64,000 nucleotides of DNA from Bacteroidia bacterium. GTDB lineage: Bacteria; Bacteroidota; Bacteroidia; UBA7662. Shown here in pieces: positions 59,890 through 64,000 of this stretch. Each line of letters starts with the position of its first letter. Within the stretch, counting starts at the first letter, position 1. The notes beneath the pieces are model-generated. The model searched no databases and was not told the origin of the DNA. It saw only the letters and a program-made list of their open reading frames with translations. The position numbers and the translations under genes are program-made. The stretch is from contig JBMTCP010000009.1 in the NCBI GenBank assembly GCA_049431025.1, positions 4,228-68,227 of the forward strand, in the 5' to 3' direction.

Positions 59890-60009
59890 GATTAGTCCCC
59901 GACCGGACTAGAAACAAACGCGTAATGAAGGTTTCAGCCCGCGAACGGAGGGCAAATATAGCCCGATTCGAGGCATTTATCCCTATTTTCGGGGCTAAAT
60001 TGATGAGAA

Positions 60010-63009
60010 ATGAGCTATCAGAAAATTAACAACCTCCTGGGATGGTTGGTTTTTGCCTTTGCCACGGCCGTCTACACCCTTACCCTGGAGCCGACAACCT
60101 CTTTTTGGGACTGCGGTGAATTCATTTCGGCTTGTTTCAAGCTCCAAATCATGCACCCTCCAGGTGCCCCGTTTTTTATGTTAACCGGGCGCCTTTTTAC
60201 CCTATTGGCCGGCAGTCCCGAAAACGTAGCCTGGTCGGTTAATTTTTTGAGCGGATTAACGTCCGGATTCACCATTCTTTTCTTGTTCTGGACGATTACG
60301 GCCTTGGCCCGCAAAATTGTTGAGCAGGATGAAAACCAAGTTTCTGGTGTTTCCCTTGCTCTGGTGATGGGCTCAGGCTTGGTTGGCGCCTTGGCCTATA
60401 CCTTTTCGGATTCGTTTTGGTTCTCTGCTGTGGAAGGTGAGGTATATGCCTATTCCTCATTTTTCACTGCCGTGGTTTTTTGGGCCGTCCTCAAATGGGA
60501 ACGTGTTGCCGATGAACCCTATGCAGACCGATGGCTACTCCTCATTGCCTACCTCATGGGATTGTCGATTGGGGTTCACTTGCTTAATTTGCTGGCTATA
60601 CCTGCGATTTGCCTTGTGGTTTACCTCAGGCACCACAGTCCAACGCCTCGAGGCGTTGTGGTGAGCCTGCTGGCTTCGGTAGGCGTACTTGCCTTGGTGC
60701 AATACGGTATCATTCCGGGTTTACCAACCTTAGCCTCCAAATTCGAGCTTTTAGCCGTGAATAGCTTTGGACTTCCCTTTGGTTCAGGGAACTGGGCCTT
60801 TGCTTTGTTATTCGTTGGTGGGCTTGGTTTTGGGATTTACTATACCCAGCGTCAAGGGCTCGTGCTCTGGAATCAACTGCTACTGGGTGCCGCTTTTGTA
60901 GTAATTGGGTATTCCTCCTACAGCATGATTGTGATCCGATCCCACGCGGATCCTTCCATCAACATGAACAAACCTTCGGATATTTTTTCGTTGTTATCCT
61001 ACATTAATCGTGAGCAATACGGAGACAGGCCCCTGATAACCGGGCCTTACTTTACAGCCGAAGTTGTTGATCAGGAGGAGGGTCCTATGAAATACCGTAA
61101 AGGGCCCAACAATTATGTGGAAGCCGGTCGGGATATAATTCCAATTTACGATCCTACGCATAACACATTTTTGCCTAGAGCCTACAAACGGGCCGGTACC
61201 CAACAGCGACACATTGATTTTTATAAGTCCTGGCTTGACCTTAGGGATGGGGAAAAACCTCGTTTTTCGGACAATATGAATTTTCTCTTTACCTACCAGT
61301 TGGGGCATATGTACATGCGATATTTTCTCTGGAATTTTGTTGGACGCCAGAATGATATTCAGGGCCACGGACGCGATTTCGAAAAAGGCAACTGGATTAG
61401 TGGAATAGAAGCCCTGGATGAATCACGGGTTGGACCTTCAGCGAAACTTCCTGCCCACCGCAAAGGAAACAAAGCCCGCAACACCTATTTTGGCTTGCCT
61501 TTGCTCCTGGGACTCCTCGGGCTGTGGTACCATTTCAAGAAGGCCAAAGGCGATGCCTGGACTGTTTTTTTATTGTTCTTGCTCACCGGGATTGCCATTG
61601 TTATTTATTTGAATTTCGAACCCCTACAACCGCGTGAACGAGACTACGCTTATGTTGGTTCCTTCTATGCCTTTGCCGTTTGGATTGGACTGGGTGTTAT
61701 GGCTTTGGGTCGTTGGCTGGGTACCAGACTCAGCCCTACCCTGGCTGCACCATTGGCCATCCTCGTTAGCTTGGGAGTGCCGGCATTAATGGGGGCCCAA
61801 AACTGGGATGATCACGATCGGTCTGGAAAATACACCGCCAGGGATATTGCCGTGAATTATCTGGAATCTTGTCCTCCGAATGCGATTTTGTTTACGATGG
61901 GCGACAACGATACGTATCCTTTGTGGTACGCCCAAGAAGTCGAGGGCATTCGTTCCGATGTACGGGTTGTTAATTTGAGTTTGCTGGGCACGGATTGGTA
62001 TATTGATCATCTAAGGCGTAGCATGAACCAAAGTGAGGCGGTGCCTTTGAGTATTGCTCAGGAAAAAATTGCCATGGGAACACGGGATTACATTCCATTC
62101 TACGACCGCAAACTCGATGGTTTTTATGATTTGGAGCAATTGGTTCAATTCATGGCCAGCGATGATCCATCGGCTAAGTTGCCTACTCAGAGTGGTACGA
62201 TGATCAATTATTTTCCAACTCAGAACTTCTCTCTTCCGGTTGATTTCCAGAATGCTTTGGCGCAGGGTGCTGTAACACCAGCTGATTCATCCCGAACCCC
62301 TGAGCGTATTGAGTGGACCTTTGCCCGCAATGGTGTAATGAAAAATGATTTGATTATCATGGATCTTTTGGCTCAAAACCGTTGGAAGAGACCGGTTTGC
62401 TGGACAGTTTCCATGGGATCCGAACAATACCTCGGCTTGGAGGATTATTTCCGTTTGGAAGGACTTGTTTATCGCCTAACCCCCTTTCAAGTACCTGCTA
62501 ACCAAGGCATGCCTTCGCAGACCGCTGTGGATATCATGTTTGAGAATTTCACCAAAAAATTCCGTTGGGGTCGCATGAAGGAGGAAATTTACATTGACCC
62601 CGAAACCAACCGCATGACCATCAACCTTCGGAGTAACGCCATGCGTCTGGTGGAGAATCTATTGTTAGCTGGTCGTAACAAAGATGCCATTCAGGTTTTG
62701 GATCTCTGCGACACCGAAATGCCTAACCGAAAAATCACCTACCTTCCATACAACTACCAAATGGTTGAGTTTTACCATCGGGCCGGCGCTTCCGACAAGG
62801 CCAATCGGCTTGCCAAAGAGTTTTTTGATACCTACGAATCCGAAGCTGCTTATTTTGCTACATTGCGTGGGGAACAGCGTAGCTTTTACGAAAGAGATGA
62901 ACAGGCAGCGCGAGCAGTCATGAACGAGATGGTCCGTTTGTCCAGGACTTTTGGCCAAGGCTCTTTGGCCGATGGATTTCAGAAACGCCTTACGGCCCTT
63001 GGTGCCTAA
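60010..63009 (+). CDS. DUF2723 membrane protein (TMEM260-like GT-C glycosyltransferase)
   Basis: SFWDCGEFI, HPPGAP, SAVEGEVY, NREQYG, RERDYAY, GDNDTYPLWY. Confidence 0.88.
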   Translation: MSYQKINNLLGWLVFAFATAVYTLTLEPTTSFWDCGEFISACFKLQIMHPPGAPFFMLTGRLFTLLAGSPENVAWSVNFLSGLTSGFTILFLFWTITALARKIVEQDENQVSGVSLALVMGSGLVGALAYTFSDSFWFSAVEGEVYAYSSFFTAVVFWAVLKWERVADEPYADRWLLLIAYLMGLSIGVHLLNLLAIPAICLVVYLRHHSPTPRGVVVSLLASVGVLALVQYGIIPGLPTLASKFELLAVNSFGLPFGSGNWAFALLFVGGLGFGIYYTQRQGLVLWNQLLLGAAFVVIGYSSYSMIVIRSHADPSINMNKPSDIFSLLSYINREQYGDRPLITGPYFTAEVVDQEEGPMKYRKGPNNYVEAGRDIIPIYDPTHNTFLPRAYKRAGTQQRHIDFYKSWLDLRDGEKPRFSDNMNFLFTYQLGHMYMRYFLWNFVGRQNDIQGHGRDFEKGNWISGIEALDESRVGPSAKLPAHRKGNKARNTYFGLPLLLGLLGLWYHFKKAKGDAWTVFLLFLLTGIAIVIYLNFEPLQPRERDYAYVGSFYAFAVWIGLGVMALGRWLGTRLSPTLAAPLAILVSLGVPALMGAQNWDDHDRSGKYTARDIAVNYLESCPPNAILFTMGDNDTYPLWYAQEVEGIRSDVRVVNLSLLGTDWYIDHLRRSMNQSEAVPLSIAQEKIAMGTRDYIPFYDRKLDGFYDLEQLVQFMASDDPSAKLPTQSGTMINYFPTQNFSLPVDFQNALAQGAVTPADSSRTPERIEWTFARNGVMKNDLIIMDLLAQNRWKRPVCWTVSMGSEQYLGLEDYFRLEGLVYRLTPFQVPANQGMPSQTAVDIMFENFTKKFRWGRMKEEIYIDPETNRMTINLRSNAMRLVENLLLAGRNKDAIQVLDLCDTEMPNRKITYLPYNYQMVEFYHRAGASDKANRLAKEFFDTYESEAAYFATLRGEQRSFYERDEQAARAVMNEMVRLSRTFGQGSLADGFQKRLTALGA

Positions 63010-63069
63010 GCCTTTACGGTTCGTCGCGTCCACGATCGGTCTCAACCACTGCCTTCACTTTGGCCAGCT

Positions 63070-63867
63070 ATGAACAGGGATCGAGGGTTTAGGGGTCGCG
63101 GTGCCAGCGGAAGTGGTAGGAGCCCAGCTGATTTAAGGCCCGGTATCCATGCGGTAGAGGTACTCTTGGATTCGGGACAGGAGATTAACCGGATTTGGGT
63201 GCAACGGGGCAAAAAAGACCCTGCCATAACTGGACTTCTTCGTGAAGCCAGGCAGCGTCTGGTTCCGGTTCAAGAAGTTCCTCCCGAAAAGCTTCAACAA
63301 CTATGCCCCGGTAATCATCAGGGTATTGTTGCGCAGGCCTCGCCCATTGCCTATCATAACCTGGAGGATTGGATTCAAACGGCTTTTGAACAAGGTGTAG
63401 TTCCCCTACTCGTCGTCAGTGACGGTATCACCGATGTAAGAAATTTGGGGGCTTTGGCCCGTTCGGCATGGTGCCTTGGGGCTGATGCCCTTTTGATTCC
63501 CGGCTTGGACAATGCCCAAGTTACCCCGGATGCTATTAAAGCCAGCGCAGGAGCCTTGGAATTATTACCGGTATGCCGTACCCTTTCTCTTCCGGACGCC
63601 CTGCGGTATTTGGCAAGCAGTGGGTTTCGCATTATGGGCGCAAGCGAAAAGGGCAAAGATTTAGGCCGCGATCAAGACCTCAATGGACCTCTAGCATTGG
63701 TCTTAGGTGCCGAAGACCGAGGTCTAAGTCCGGATACTCTTCGCCGTTGCGATGCTTTGTTGCGAATCCCTATGCCTGACCGCGCCCGTTCCATTGGTTC
63801 ATTGAATGTTTCGGTGGCCGGTGGCATCCTGCTTTTTGAATGCCTAATGCAGCGAAAAGCCAACTGA
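63070..63867 (+). CDS. rlmB: 23S rRNA 2'-O-methyltransferase, TrmH/SpoU family
   Basis: NHQGIVA, ITDVRNLGA..RS, KASAGA, LGAEDRGL, SLNVSVA. Confidence 0.88.
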   Translation: MNRDRGFRGRGASGSGRSPADLRPGIHAVEVLLDSGQEINRIWVQRGKKDPAITGLLREARQRLVPVQEVPPEKLQQLCPGNHQGIVAQASPIAYHNLEDWIQTAFEQGVVPLLVVSDGITDVRNLGALARSAWCLGADALLIPGLDNAQVTPDAIKASAGALELLPVCRTLSLPDALRYLASSGFRIMGASEKGKDLGRDQDLNGPLALVLGAEDRGLSPDTLRRCDALLRIPMPDRARSIGSLNVSVAGGILLFECLMQRKAN

Positions 63868-63885
63868 ACCTAATTTAGGGATACC

Positions 63886-64000
63886 GTGTCGGCAACTAAC
63901 CAACCCCTCCTGTTCCCTCCTTTTTTGCGTACGGGTGACACGGTGGGCTTGGTTGCCCCATCCAGAGGCGTTGAATTTGCTCAAATACGTCCTTGGATGG
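63886..64000 (+). CDS. LD-carboxypeptidase (S66) N-terminus, truncated by window edge
   Basis: Hand-translated ...LFPPFLRTGDTVGLVAPS..., the typical S66 start. Confidence 0.7.
   Translation, partial: MSATNQPLLFPPFLRTGDTVGLVAPSRGVEFAQIRPWM

Noticed and set aside
421-63863. Numerous antisense or nested short ORFs in the six-frame track (e.g. 421-1047, 10222-10809, 17121-17615, 36823-37530)
   Set aside because: They are shadows of well-supported genes and carry no recognisable motifs

Overview
A 64-kb chromosomal window from a Bacteroidota genome, probably a free-living aquatic lineage. The evidence is TAnnTTTG -7 promoter boxes, T9SS C-terminal sorting domains, GldL/GldM homologues and the coaX-OMP-TPR-lptC-CBS-ppiD cluster. 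Most of it is housekeeping: fabF, rnc, recJ, lptB, ispB, exbBDD, ansA, tatD, gpmA, lipA, uvrA, coaX, birA, rsfS, ftsH, lpxH, prfA, tkt, ahcY, rlmB, tRNA-Ser(GGA) and tRNA-Gln(TTG). Two accessory blocks flank tRNA-Ser. (1) At 16.5-22.8 kb is a compact five-gene operon: a membrane-anchored coiled-coil protein, a short GldL, two different GldM-like proteins, and a beta-helix/DUF6089-like barrel fusion. It has no gldK or gldN, and it is the best candidate for an undescribed GldLM-type proton motor system. (2) At 8.5-16.2 kb are a T9SS-secreted protein (three cohesin-like repeats, Calx-beta, choice-of-anchor I, dockerin-like module), a flippase/methyltransferase/GT2 trio and REP/MITE-like hairpins. 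A second giant T9SS protein (29.3-36.4 kb) also carries cohesin-like and dockerin-like modules and the same C-terminal cassette, which hints at a non-cellulosomal cohesin-dockerin surface network. A 46-aa lipoprotein missed by the ORF track lies upstream of a beta-barrel gene. I saw no CRISPR array, integrase or transposase. All domain calls come from motif recognition by eye, not from database searches.
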